64,000 bases of DNA, taken from positions 320,001 to 384,000 of the IMG/VR virus record IMGVR_UViG_3300037313_001869; one strand, 5' to 3'. The notes beneath the pieces are model-generated. The model had not been told where the DNA came from. It was given only the letters and a program-made list of their open reading frames with translations, and ran no database searches. This DNA is from a virus. Taxonomy: Duplodnaviria; Caudoviricetes. Of this stretch, positions 1-7,821 are shown piece by piece (position 1 is the stretch's first letter; each line of letters begins with the position of its first letter). A program made the translations under genes and the position numbers.

Positions 1-193
1 GGTCCCGAGGGCCGGCAAGAGCCGGTCGGAGAACCCGTAGTCCTTGGCGATGAGGTCGATCGGGGTGCCCGTCTCGTCGAGGCCCGACGTGGGGTCAGGC
101 AGGTAGCCGTAGATGTTTGCCATGTGCGCTCGCGCTCCTCGGAAGGAGCCCGAACGTCAAAGGTTTATTCATAGCCCGGGGGCTTGTGAGACC

Positions 194-481
194 ATGAGCC
201 AAGCCCGCCGCGTCGCCCGCCTGTTTCTCGCCCGCCGTTCGACCTACGCCCAGCTCACGGGTGAGTTCGAGCTGCCCCCCGGCCACCTGTTCGGATCAGA
301 AGTGCCGAAGGGGGGCGCGAACTGCGCGAAGTGCAAGTTCCTCTCCGAGGACAAAAAGCACTGCGGCAACCGCTACTTCCAGGAGTGGCAGGAGTCGCTC
401 GAAGTGGAGGACCCCTCGGAGCTTCCGAAGCCCCCGGGGTCCTACTGCTGCGACGTGTTCGAGGCGAGCAAGGCCAAGTAA
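194..481 (+). CDS. Cys-rich hypothetical protein with N-terminal RVARLF motif
   Basis: ATG at 194; MSQARRVARLFLARR, CxxC, CC; GC-typical codon use. Confidence 0.6.
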   Translation: MSQARRVARLFLARRSTYAQLTGEFELPPGHLFGSEVPKGGANCAKCKFLSEDKKHCGNRYFQEWQESLEVEDPSELPKPPGSYCCDVFEASKAK

Positions 482-498
482 CCCAAGGAGACCCTCCG

Positions 499-834
499 AT
501 GACTCGTGCCTCTTTCCTGCTCGCTCTCGGCTTCTCAGCCCTCGTCGCCACCTGCAAGAACGTCCCGGACGCGCCCGGGCCGAGCCCCATCAACGTCCCC
601 GACACCGATCAGTGCGCGGCCATGTGCCAGCACATCGGCCCGAAAGCCGAGGGAGGTCTCGGCTGCGAAGAAGGAGAGCCCGTCTTCGACTCGGACAAGG
701 GGCGCAACGTCTCGTGCCAGGAGTTCTGCGAGGCGACCCAGACCAACGGCGCCTTCTTGAACCCGAGGTGCGTCAAGAAGGTCGGTTCGTGTGACGAGAT
801 CGAGTCGGCGCGGAAGAAGACCTGCGCCGACTGA
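499..834 (+). CDS. Cys-rich lipoprotein
   Basis: SD AAGGAG; signal peptide with lipobox-like LVAT-C; multiple Cys. Confidence 0.7.
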   Translation: MTRASFLLALGFSALVATCKNVPDAPGPSPINVPDTDQCAAMCQHIGPKAEGGLGCEEGEPVFDSDKGRNVSCQEFCEATQTNGAFLNPRCVKKVGSCDEIESARKKTCAD

Positions 835-853
835 GCCTGCCAAAGGGCGGGGG

Positions 854-1060
854 TAACTCCCCGCCCGCAGCCAACTTCGGTTCGGCCGGAAGGGGGGCCG
901 GCATCCGAGCAGGGGGAGGGGCGGCCACCGGAAGCGCCACGACCTTGCGGCTCTTCAGCTTGGAGACCAAGTCCCGGGTGCGCTCCAGCATCTCTTGCGC
1001 TTCGACGACGACGGACTGCATCTCAAGCGCAGGCTTCCTCAGGGTACGGGCACCAGACAT
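854..1060 (-). CDS. hypothetical protein; end placed at in-frame TTA (standard-code end 773)
   Basis: SD GGAGG before ATG 1060; TTA at 856-854 removes a 62-nt convergent overlap. Confidence 0.45.
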
Positions 1061-1137
1061 GAACGAACCTCCGCCGAAAGTAGGTTCATAAAATGATGTG
1101 CGGTTCTGCCACGCTAGGGCAAACCGCCACACCCATT

Positions 1138-1710
1138 TTACCGCCTCGGCCCCTTGGGCGCTCCGTCCAGCGAAAGCACCGACTGAAGCCCCTTGAGGAG
1201 CCCGTTTGCTTCGGCTACGGCCGTGCGAAGCGCCAGCACGTCTTCGTTGTTCTGTCGCGTCGCCTGATCGAAGTCTTCTTCGGTCACGCACTTGTTGACC
1301 AGGCGCTCGATCCGGTCGAGGCTCTCTTCGGTCTCCCGAAGCCGAGTTTCGAGCGTCCGCATCTTGGCCACGGCCTCGTGAAGCTCTTCGAGGTTCAGAG
1401 ACGAGAGAGCCCGGCGAGCCGCCCAGGGCAGGTGCGCCCAGTCGGTGTGCGGGTGGCCGTTCTGAAAGATGGCGTCCATCTCGCCGCGGAGCTTCTTGGC
1501 CGCTTCCTCGACGATGAAGAGGGTGTAGACGATCCCCGACTTCGCTTCGACCGAACCGATCTTCGTCTCGATGAGGTGGAGTTTCTTTTCGGTCTCTTCT
1601 AGCCTCTTTTTGATGTCGCGGAAGAACGCGATGATCGCGGACGCGGCTGTACCGCCCCCAGAAATGACGGCAGGTAGAACATTCTCGACGAGCTGGTCCA
1701 AAAAGCTCAT
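1138..1710 (-). CDS. membrane-anchored coiled-coil protein
   Basis: N-terminal hydrophobic segment followed by heptad-rich helices. Confidence 0.6.
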   Translation of the reverse strand: MSFLDQLVENVLPAVISGGGTAASAIIAFFRDIKKRLEETEKKLHLIETKIGSVEAKSGIVYTLFIVEEAAKKLRGEMDAIFQNGHPHTDWAHLPWAARRALSSLNLEELHEAVAKMRTLETRLRETEESLDRIERLVNKCVTEEDFDQATRQNNEDVLALRTAVAEANGLLKGLQSVLSLDGAPKGPRR

Positions 1711-1761
1711 GACGCTCCGGGGGGTGACACACCACCCGCTGCATAAGAGCTTTCCGAGAAC

Positions 1762-2316
1762 CTACCTCGCGAGGTAACAGGGGAGGCACCTGGCTTCGTA
1801 CGCTTCGCTGCCCCCGACCAGGATCGGCGTGATGGAGCTGGCGATCTCATTCGGCGCGGCGGCAACACGAAAGGTCCGCGTTGCGGGCATCTCACACCGA
1901 ACGCAACGGGCCGTCAGCTTCAGCACCTCGTTGGCAAGCGCCATGAGGTGGGGCATCGGATGAAACGGCTTGCCCGTGTAGGTCATGTCGAGCCCGGCGA
2001 CGATGACCCTTGCGCCTCCCGCCACGAGCTTCTCGACGAAGGGCACGACCTGCTCTCCGAAGAACTGGGCCTCGTCGATTCCGATGACCTCGCTCTCCGG
2101 GTCAGCCCGCAGCTCATCGGGGGTCATCACCTCGGCGGCGAGGCGCTTTCCCGAGTGGGTCACGACCTCCGAGGCCGCGTAGCGGGTGTCGATCCTCGGC
2201 TTGAGGATCTGGACCCGTTGCCCGACCTGCTGGGCTCGGAGCGCCCGGGTGATGAGGTGGGAGGTCTTGCCCGAGAACATCGGGCCGGTGAGCACTTCGA
2301 GGCGGCCGGTCTTCAT
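1762..2316 (-). CDS. tdk: thymidine kinase
   Basis: GPMFSGKT Walker A, IDEAQF Walker B, Zn lasso CxxC...YEARCxxC. Confidence 0.95.
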   Translation of the reverse strand: MKTGRLEVLTGPMFSGKTSHLITRALRAQQVGQRVQILKPRIDTRYAASEVVTHSGKRLAAEVMTPDELRADPESEVIGIDEAQFFGEQVVPFVEKLVAGGARVIVAGLDMTYTGKPFHPMPHLMALANEVLKLTARCVRCEMPATRTFRVAAAPNEIASSITPILVGGSEAYEARCLPCYLAR

Positions 2317-2332
2317 CTACCGGGTCGGGCGC

Positions 2333-2368
2333 AAAAGAAGAAACCCCGGGCGGAGGGTCCGCCCGGGG
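2333..2368 (-). terminator. intrinsic terminator after TROVE gene
   Basis: 11-bp GC hairpin CCCCGGGCGGA/TCCGCCCGGGG followed by TTTCTTCTTTT on minus strand. Confidence 0.75.
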
Positions 2369-2393
2369 TCGTCCGGTCACCTGAGCCGGGGGC

Positions 2394-3962
2394 TCAGATT
2401 TCGGTCTTCTCGATCACGTCCACCCAGTGCGAGCCCTCGGCTCCTTCCTGGAACGCCTTCATCACGGTGAAGACCGAGTCCGAGAAGCCGCCGATGTTGA
2501 GGATGTCCTCCCGGTCGGGCGCCTGGCTCGTCGTGTTCGGCACGAGGTCGACGCAGACGAGCCGGCCGTTCGGGCTCTTCACCTGGTCCCAGAGCGCGAG
2601 CGTGTCGGTCGAGCCCGGATGGGAGAAGCCGTACCGCCGTCCCGTCGTCACCCACGACTCCATGTCCGAGACGTAGAGGCCGAAGTCGATCCGCTCCCTC
2701 TGCTGGAGCAGGTGAGCGAGGGGAGCGGCCGTGTTGGTCGCCCCGCCCCGGAAGGCCGCGAGCTTGGCGGCATTCTTGAGCACCGGCTCCTTCGCGTCGA
2801 AGCTCATCGGGTGTACGTCGTGATCGAAGGCGAGCACACGCGCCCTCGGGTTCTTCCGCAGGACCGAGGCCGTGATGAGCGCGGCCACGTCGATGCACCT
2901 CACGTCCGTCGTCGAGCCCTTCCGCTCGCCGGTGATCCGGTTCGTGGTCATCGAGCCGGAAACGTCGGTGAAGACGAACACGTTGCCTTCGAGCACCGGG
3001 ACGTTGTCGATCGAGACTTCCATGGCCGAGTAGAGGGCCTGGACGATGGGACCCGGCATCTTCCCTTCGGTCGCCTTCCAGGCCATGAAGAGCTGGTAGG
3101 GGAACGTCCGGGACCTGCGAACCTGATCGGGGTCGGCGATCCGGCTCGCGAGGAGCGAGACCATGGCCGGGTCCGAAAGGACGCCGTGCCGCTCGAAGGT
3201 CGCGAGGTTCTTCACGGTCTGCGTGAACGTCGCCCGCTCGGCCACCTGCTTCCAGGTCTTCTCGTCGAGCGTGAGGCCCGTCAGCATCTCGAACGGAGCC
3301 TCGGGCAGCTCGCTGCCAGGCTGCTTCCGGAACGCCTCGTACTTGGCCACGATTGCGGGCAGGTGCTCGGCCACCGAGAGCTTCTCACCCCCGAAGCTGA
3401 ACTCTTCCTTGCCGATGAGGTAGCCGAGCAGCGCCGCCCTTTCCTTGGTCGTGGGCCGCGGGTGGGCGAGCTTGATCACGTCACCGATGGAGGGGTTGTT
3501 GCCCATCGAGCCGAAGAAGATCGACCGGTCATCCTTGCCCTCGAACCAGCTCCGGAGAAGCCTCTTCGGGCCCGAGCCGAGCGAGGTCCGGCCAACCGTG
3601 CCGCTCCGCACGATCTGGGCGAAGTTCCGCACCATCCGGCCGTTGTCGATGACCTTGGGGAAGACCCGCGAGAGCATGGCCGGGTCCCGCTTCGAGAGGA
3701 CCGCGCACAGGAAGGCCGGCATGTCCTTCATGAAGCCCTTCTGCCGGGCGTACACGGCCGTCTTCGCGAGGAAGTCGGTCGGCACGGCCATGGCGAGCTG
3801 ACCCACCGTGGCGAGCTGGTCTTCGGCCGAGGTGTAGAAGGTGTTGTTGAAGCATCCGGTCGCGGCCATCTGCGCGAGGGCGTGCTTCTCGCCCATCTTG
3901 AAGGCGAGGCCGCCCGCGGAGTTGAGGACGTTGGCGACGGGCTTGTTCTTCGGGGTCTTCAT
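2394..3962 (-). CDS. rsr: Ro60/TROVE-vWA RNA-binding protein
   Basis: NxAGGxAF, TGCFNNTFY, FPYQLFMA, vWA MIDAS DVSGSM, GGFSD; start MKTPK with SD GGAG. Confidence 0.9.
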   Translation of the reverse strand: MKTPKNKPVANVLNSAGGLAFKMGEKHALAQMAATGCFNNTFYTSAEDQLATVGQLAMAVPTDFLAKTAVYARQKGFMKDMPAFLCAVLSKRDPAMLSRVFPKVIDNGRMVRNFAQIVRSGTVGRTSLGSGPKRLLRSWFEGKDDRSIFFGSMGNNPSIGDVIKLAHPRPTTKERAALLGYLIGKEEFSFGGEKLSVAEHLPAIVAKYEAFRKQPGSELPEAPFEMLTGLTLDEKTWKQVAERATFTQTVKNLATFERHGVLSDPAMVSLLASRIADPDQVRRSRTFPYQLFMAWKATEGKMPGPIVQALYSAMEVSIDNVPVLEGNVFVFTDVSGSMTTNRITGERKGSTTDVRCIDVAALITASVLRKNPRARVLAFDHDVHPMSFDAKEPVLKNAAKLAAFRGGATNTAAPLAHLLQQRERIDFGLYVSDMESWVTTGRRYGFSHPGSTDTLALWDQVKSPNGRLVCVDLVPNTTSQAPDREDILNIGGFSDSVFTVMKAFQEGAEGSHWVDVIEKTEI

Positions 3963-4088
3963 GTTCGTGGATCTCCATGCCCCTCGGGGGAGAGGCCAAA
4001 ACGTGAGGTCGACGTGAGTACACCGCTGACGGACCCCGGCCGCCCGGTCTGACACCCGAAGCGACTTTTCTCGACCCTGGCGATTTTC

Positions 4089-4115
4089 GGAAAAAGCCCG
4101 GGAGCCCGATCGTCT
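4089..4115 (+). promoter_or_regulatory. class A promoter-like motif GGAAA-N17-CGTCT (one of 24 copies)
   Basis: fixed 17-nt spacer; ATG 7 nt downstream. Confidence 0.75.
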
Positions 4116-4122
4116 CGGGGCC

Positions 4123-4323
4123 ATGACGACCATCACCCAGTCTCAAGCGAAGCTCCTCCTCTCGGCCAAGGACGACGGCGCCCCCCACGAGAGCTACGGC
4201 GATCCCGAGCCGCTCGTCTCGCTCGGCCTCCTTCACGAGGCCCCCTACTACGACCTCACGCCCCGCGGTCGGGCCCTCGTCGCCCGCTTCGCCTGGGTGG
4301 GCGAGAAGATCGTGATTCGCTGA
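4123..4323 (+). CDS. small winged-helix-like hypothetical protein
   Basis: LVSLGLL...YDLTPRGR pattern; follows class A motif. Confidence 0.55.
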   Translation: MTTITQSQAKLLLSAKDDGAPHESYGDPEPLVSLGLLHEAPYYDLTPRGRALVARFAWVGEKIVIR

Positions 4324-4404
4324 TCTGTCAGAAAAAACATTGAACCCCGGTCGTGTCGGCCGGGGTAAAGACCCGCACCCCGATCCGAAAGAGAGCTGAG
4401 TCCC

Positions 4405-5721
4405 ATGCCGAAGATCCCTCTGACCATCGAGACGAACTACCGCCCCAACTGGGGCCTCTGGCACGGCGTCCGCGAGCTGGTCCAGAACGCCGTGGACGCC
4501 GAGACCCAGTACAAGGCGCCGATGGACATCTCGTTCTCGAACAACACCCTTCGCATCGAGAACGACGGCGTGACCCTACCCCAGGAGGCTCTCCTGCTCG
4601 GGCACACGAGCAAGACGGGCGAGGGCCTGCGGGGCAAGTGGGGCGACGGGCTGAAGATCGGCCTGCTCGCGCTCGTCCGGGCCGGCTACAAGGTCAAGAT
4701 CCGCTCGGGCTCGGAGGTCTGGACGCCAGCCATCGAACGGCACGCCCAGTTCAAGGCGGACGTGCTGACGATCAACATCGAGACGGGCCGGCAGGACAAG
4801 AACCGCGTCCGCATCGAGATCGAGGGAATCTCGCTCGAAGAGTGGCAGGAGATGCGCGAAAACTTCTTGTTCCTCACCCTGCGCGAGAACCAGGACCGGG
4901 TGAAGACGAGCGAGGGTACCCTCCTGCTCAGCCCGAAGTACAAGGGCAAGCTCTACGTGAAGGGCATCTTCGTCCAGAACCACACTCAGCTCTCGTTCGG
5001 TTACGATATCGAAGACGCCGATCTCGACATCGACCGGAAGATGATCGAGAGCTGGTCGCTCAGCAGCAAGACCCGCCGGATCTACCTGGAGGCGATGGCG
5101 AGCCGCTCCGATCTCTTCGCCCAGTTCGACAAGCAGCTCGCGAGCGGCTCGTCGGTCGAGGTGCAGAACCTCTCGGACTACAACGTGGACGAGGTGCCCG
5201 AGGAGGCCGTGGCCTTCGTCGCCAACAAGTTCCGCGAGCGCCACGGGGATAACGCCGTGCCCGTCCGCACGCTCGGGGAATCGAAGGACCTCGATCACCT
5301 CGGCGCCAAAGGCGTCGTCGTCAACGAGCAGCAGCTCCTCGTGCTCTCCCAGGTGCTCGACACCGCCGACAAGGTCACGGCCAGGCTGCGGGAAGAGGTC
5401 GTCAAGCGCTTCGGTTGGCACGATCTCTCGACCGAAGAGCAGGACGCCCTCACCGAGGCGGTCGCCACGGTCAATGCCGTCGAGCCGGTTGGCTTCGATA
5501 CGGTCGAGGTGGTCACCTTCCGCTCGAAGGACCTGCTCGGCCAGTACAAGGACGGCAAGACCCTGCTCTCCCGGAAGATCCTGGCCGACTACGGCGAGAC
5601 CCTGGCCACGATCGTCCACGAGGTCGCCCATGCCCGCGGCGGCGACGGCGACAAGAGCCACGTCGCCCAGATCGAGCGCATCTGGAAAGAGATCGCCATG
5701 AACTACCGCGCCAAGCGGTAA
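4405..5721 (+). CDS. GHKL (HATPase) ATPase with C-terminal HEXXH metallopeptidase-like domain
   Basis: ELVQNAVDA N-box, IENDG, GKWGDGLKIG; HEVAH. Confidence 0.8.
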   Translation: MPKIPLTIETNYRPNWGLWHGVRELVQNAVDAETQYKAPMDISFSNNTLRIENDGVTLPQEALLLGHTSKTGEGLRGKWGDGLKIGLLALVRAGYKVKIRSGSEVWTPAIERHAQFKADVLTINIETGRQDKNRVRIEIEGISLEEWQEMRENFLFLTLRENQDRVKTSEGTLLLSPKYKGKLYVKGIFVQNHTQLSFGYDIEDADLDIDRKMIESWSLSSKTRRIYLEAMASRSDLFAQFDKQLASGSSVEVQNLSDYNVDEVPEEAVAFVANKFRERHGDNAVPVRTLGESKDLDHLGAKGVVVNEQQLLVLSQVLDTADKVTARLREEVVKRFGWHDLSTEEQDALTEAVATVNAVEPVGFDTVEVVTFRSKDLLGQYKDGKTLLSRKILADYGETLATIVHEVAHARGGDGDKSHVAQIERIWKEIAMNYRAKR

Positions 5722-5783
5722 CCCCTGGGGGGGCCCGGGTCCTTTGGAAAAAGGCCCGGGCCCCCTCCGTCTCTGGAGCTGCC

Positions 5784-6113
5784 ATGTCACGAAAGTACGA
5801 AGAGCCCACGGTCACCCACCGCGAAATCGTCTGGGTCGATACCACCCACCGGATGCCCGCCGAGAAGCTCGCCCGCCCGGGCGAGAAGGTCTACCGGGTC
5901 TGGACCTGGCTAGGCATTTCGGCCCTTGCCGACGAGCCCGAAAAGCCCGAGCTGCCGGCTCGTCTCGTCCACGGCCACAACGCTTTCCTGGAGGATTACG
6001 TCCACGACTGGACCCTCGATGCCCGCGGCTTCCGCTACTTCTCCCGCATCAGGGAGAAGAACGAGCCGACCTGGATCGTGGTCGAGTACGTGGCCGAAGA
6101 GAGCCAGCCATGA
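5784..6113 (+). CDS. hypothetical protein
   Basis: follows class A motif at 5746-5772; ATGA overlap with next gene. Confidence 0.6.
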   Translation: MSRKYEEPTVTHREIVWVDTTHRMPAEKLARPGEKVYRVWTWLGISALADEPEKPELPARLVHGHNAFLEDYVHDWTLDARGFRYFSRIREKNEPTWIVVEYVAEESQP

Positions 6114-6331
6114 GCGAGCCCATCTTCGGCCGGTGCGAGGCGTGTGGCGGCGAGGTCCCCCTCGTGTCCGGTCAGAAACAGACGTGCCGCGAGTCGAGCT
6201 GCTCGAAGTGCAAGCGCCGTTACGCTTACTCCTGCTGGGTCATCGGCCGGAGGAACGGCAACACCTACTACAAGATCGAGATGTTCCCCGTGCAGGCCGA
6301 CGGCACCCTTGCCGCGCCGAAGGAGGGCTGA
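6110..6331 (+). CDS. zinc-ribbon protein
   Basis: CEAC...CSKC. Confidence 0.55.
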   Translation: MSEPIFGRCEACGGEVPLVSGQKQTCRESSCSKCKRRYAYSCWVIGRRNGNTYYKIEMFPVQADGTLAAPKEG

Positions 6332-6332
6332 G

Positions 6333-7790
6333 ATGGACTGGTTTCAGGTCGACAAGGAAGGTCTTGCGAAGATCCTCGCCCGCAAGGGCAAGGAGTTCGT
6401 GTTCTTCGAGCTGCTTCAGAACGCCTGGGATACGAAGGCCGAGACGGTCGAGATGACCGTCCTGTCCCTTCCGAACAAGCCGTTCGTCCAGATCGAGGTC
6501 AAAGACGACGACCCCCACGGCTTCTCGAACCTCGCCCACGCCTTCACGCTCTTTGCCGAGAGCGAGAAGAAGGGAGACCCCACGAAGCGGGGCCGGTTCA
6601 ACCTCGGCGAAAAGCTCGTGCTCGCCCTCTGCACCGAGGCCGAGATCCGGTCGACCAAGGGCGTCGTGTACTTCGACTCCCACGGCCGCTCCAGCTCGAA
6701 CCAGGCCGCTGCCAGGCTCGAACGGGGCTCCATCTTCCGCGGTACCGTCCGCATGACCCGCGATGAGCTGGCCGAGGCCATGACGGCTGTTCGGACCCTC
6801 ATTCCTCCGGCCTCGTGCGTCACCCGCCTGAACGGCGAGATCCTCCGGGGGCCCGAGGTCGCCCACGTCTTCGAGACCACGCTCCCGACCGAGGTGGCTG
6901 ACGCCGAGGGCTTTCTCCGGAAGACCGAGCGCAAGTGCCAGGTGAGGCTCTATGCCCCCAAGCCGGGTCAGCCCGCCATGCTCTACGAGATGGGCATCCC
7001 TGTCGTCGAGACCGGCGACAAGTGGCATGTCAACGTGATGCAGAAGGTACCGCTGAACTCCGAGCGGGACAACGTCACGCCGGCCTACCTGCGGCTTCTG
7101 CGCACGATGGTCCTCAACCAGACCCATGCTCAGCTCGAACCGAGCGAAGCGGCAGCCCCGTGGGTACGTGAGGCGGCGGCCGATGACCGCTGCTCTCCCG
7201 AGGCCGTCGAGACGGTCATCACCAAGCGTTTCGGCGAAAAGCGGGTCATCGCCGATCCCAACGATCCGGAAGGTACCAAGCTCGCCATCGCCCGCGGCTA
7301 CACGGTCATTCCGGGCGGGGCTCTCTCGGCCGGCGAGTGGCGCAACGTCAAGGCCGCGGGTGCGGCCCTTCCCGCCGGCAAGGTCACGCCGAGCCCCAAG
7401 CCCTTCAGCCCCGACGGCGAGCCGCTCAAGCTCCTTCCGCCCGAGAACTGGTCGACCGCCATGGTCCACAAGGTGAACTTCATCGAGCGGCTCGCCGTGC
7501 GGGTTCTCGGCGCCACGGTGGCGATCGACATCGCCAACGATCCGCACTGGGGTTTCGCTGCCGCCTACGGTAAGGGCCACCTCACCCTGAACGCCGGGCG
7601 GCTCGGCTTCGCCTGGTTCGAGAGGGCCCACGGCGATCCGGAGGTGGTCGCGCTGCTCTCTCACGAGTTCGCCCATCACTTCGCCGCCGATCACCTGTCC
7701 GAGGAGTTCCACCGGGCGATCTGCAAGGTGGGCGCGGCCATCACCTGGCAGGCGCTCGCTTACCCTGATCTTTTCCGCGTTCCGGTGTAA
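6333..7790 (+). CDS. second GHKL ATPase with C-terminal HEXXH domain
   Basis: ELLQNAWD, VKDDDPHGF, RGRFNLGEK; HEFAHH. Confidence 0.8.
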   Translation: MDWFQVDKEGLAKILARKGKEFVFFELLQNAWDTKAETVEMTVLSLPNKPFVQIEVKDDDPHGFSNLAHAFTLFAESEKKGDPTKRGRFNLGEKLVLALCTEAEIRSTKGVVYFDSHGRSSSNQAAARLERGSIFRGTVRMTRDELAEAMTAVRTLIPPASCVTRLNGEILRGPEVAHVFETTLPTEVADAEGFLRKTERKCQVRLYAPKPGQPAMLYEMGIPVVETGDKWHVNVMQKVPLNSERDNVTPAYLRLLRTMVLNQTHAQLEPSEAAAPWVREAAADDRCSPEAVETVITKRFGEKRVIADPNDPEGTKLAIARGYTVIPGGALSAGEWRNVKAAGAALPAGKVTPSPKPFSPDGEPLKLLPPENWSTAMVHKVNFIERLAVRVLGATVAIDIANDPHWGFAAAYGKGHLTLNAGRLGFAWFERAHGDPEVVALLSHEFAHHFAADHLSEEFHRAICKVGAAITWQALAYPDLFRVPV

Positions 7791-7821
7791 CTCGGAAGGC
7801 ACGCTACCAAGGAGGTCCGTC

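Noticed and set aside
1138-2316. Amber readthrough fusion of tdk to the 1710 ORF (same frame, no canonical stop between them)
   Set aside because: One-in-three chance of being in frame; the linker looks intergenic, has its own SD-like sequence and contains a TTA.
2427-4052. Long antisense ORFs (e.g. 2427-4052, 6240-7883, 32015-33502)
   Set aside because: Shadow frames expected from high GC and strong codon bias.
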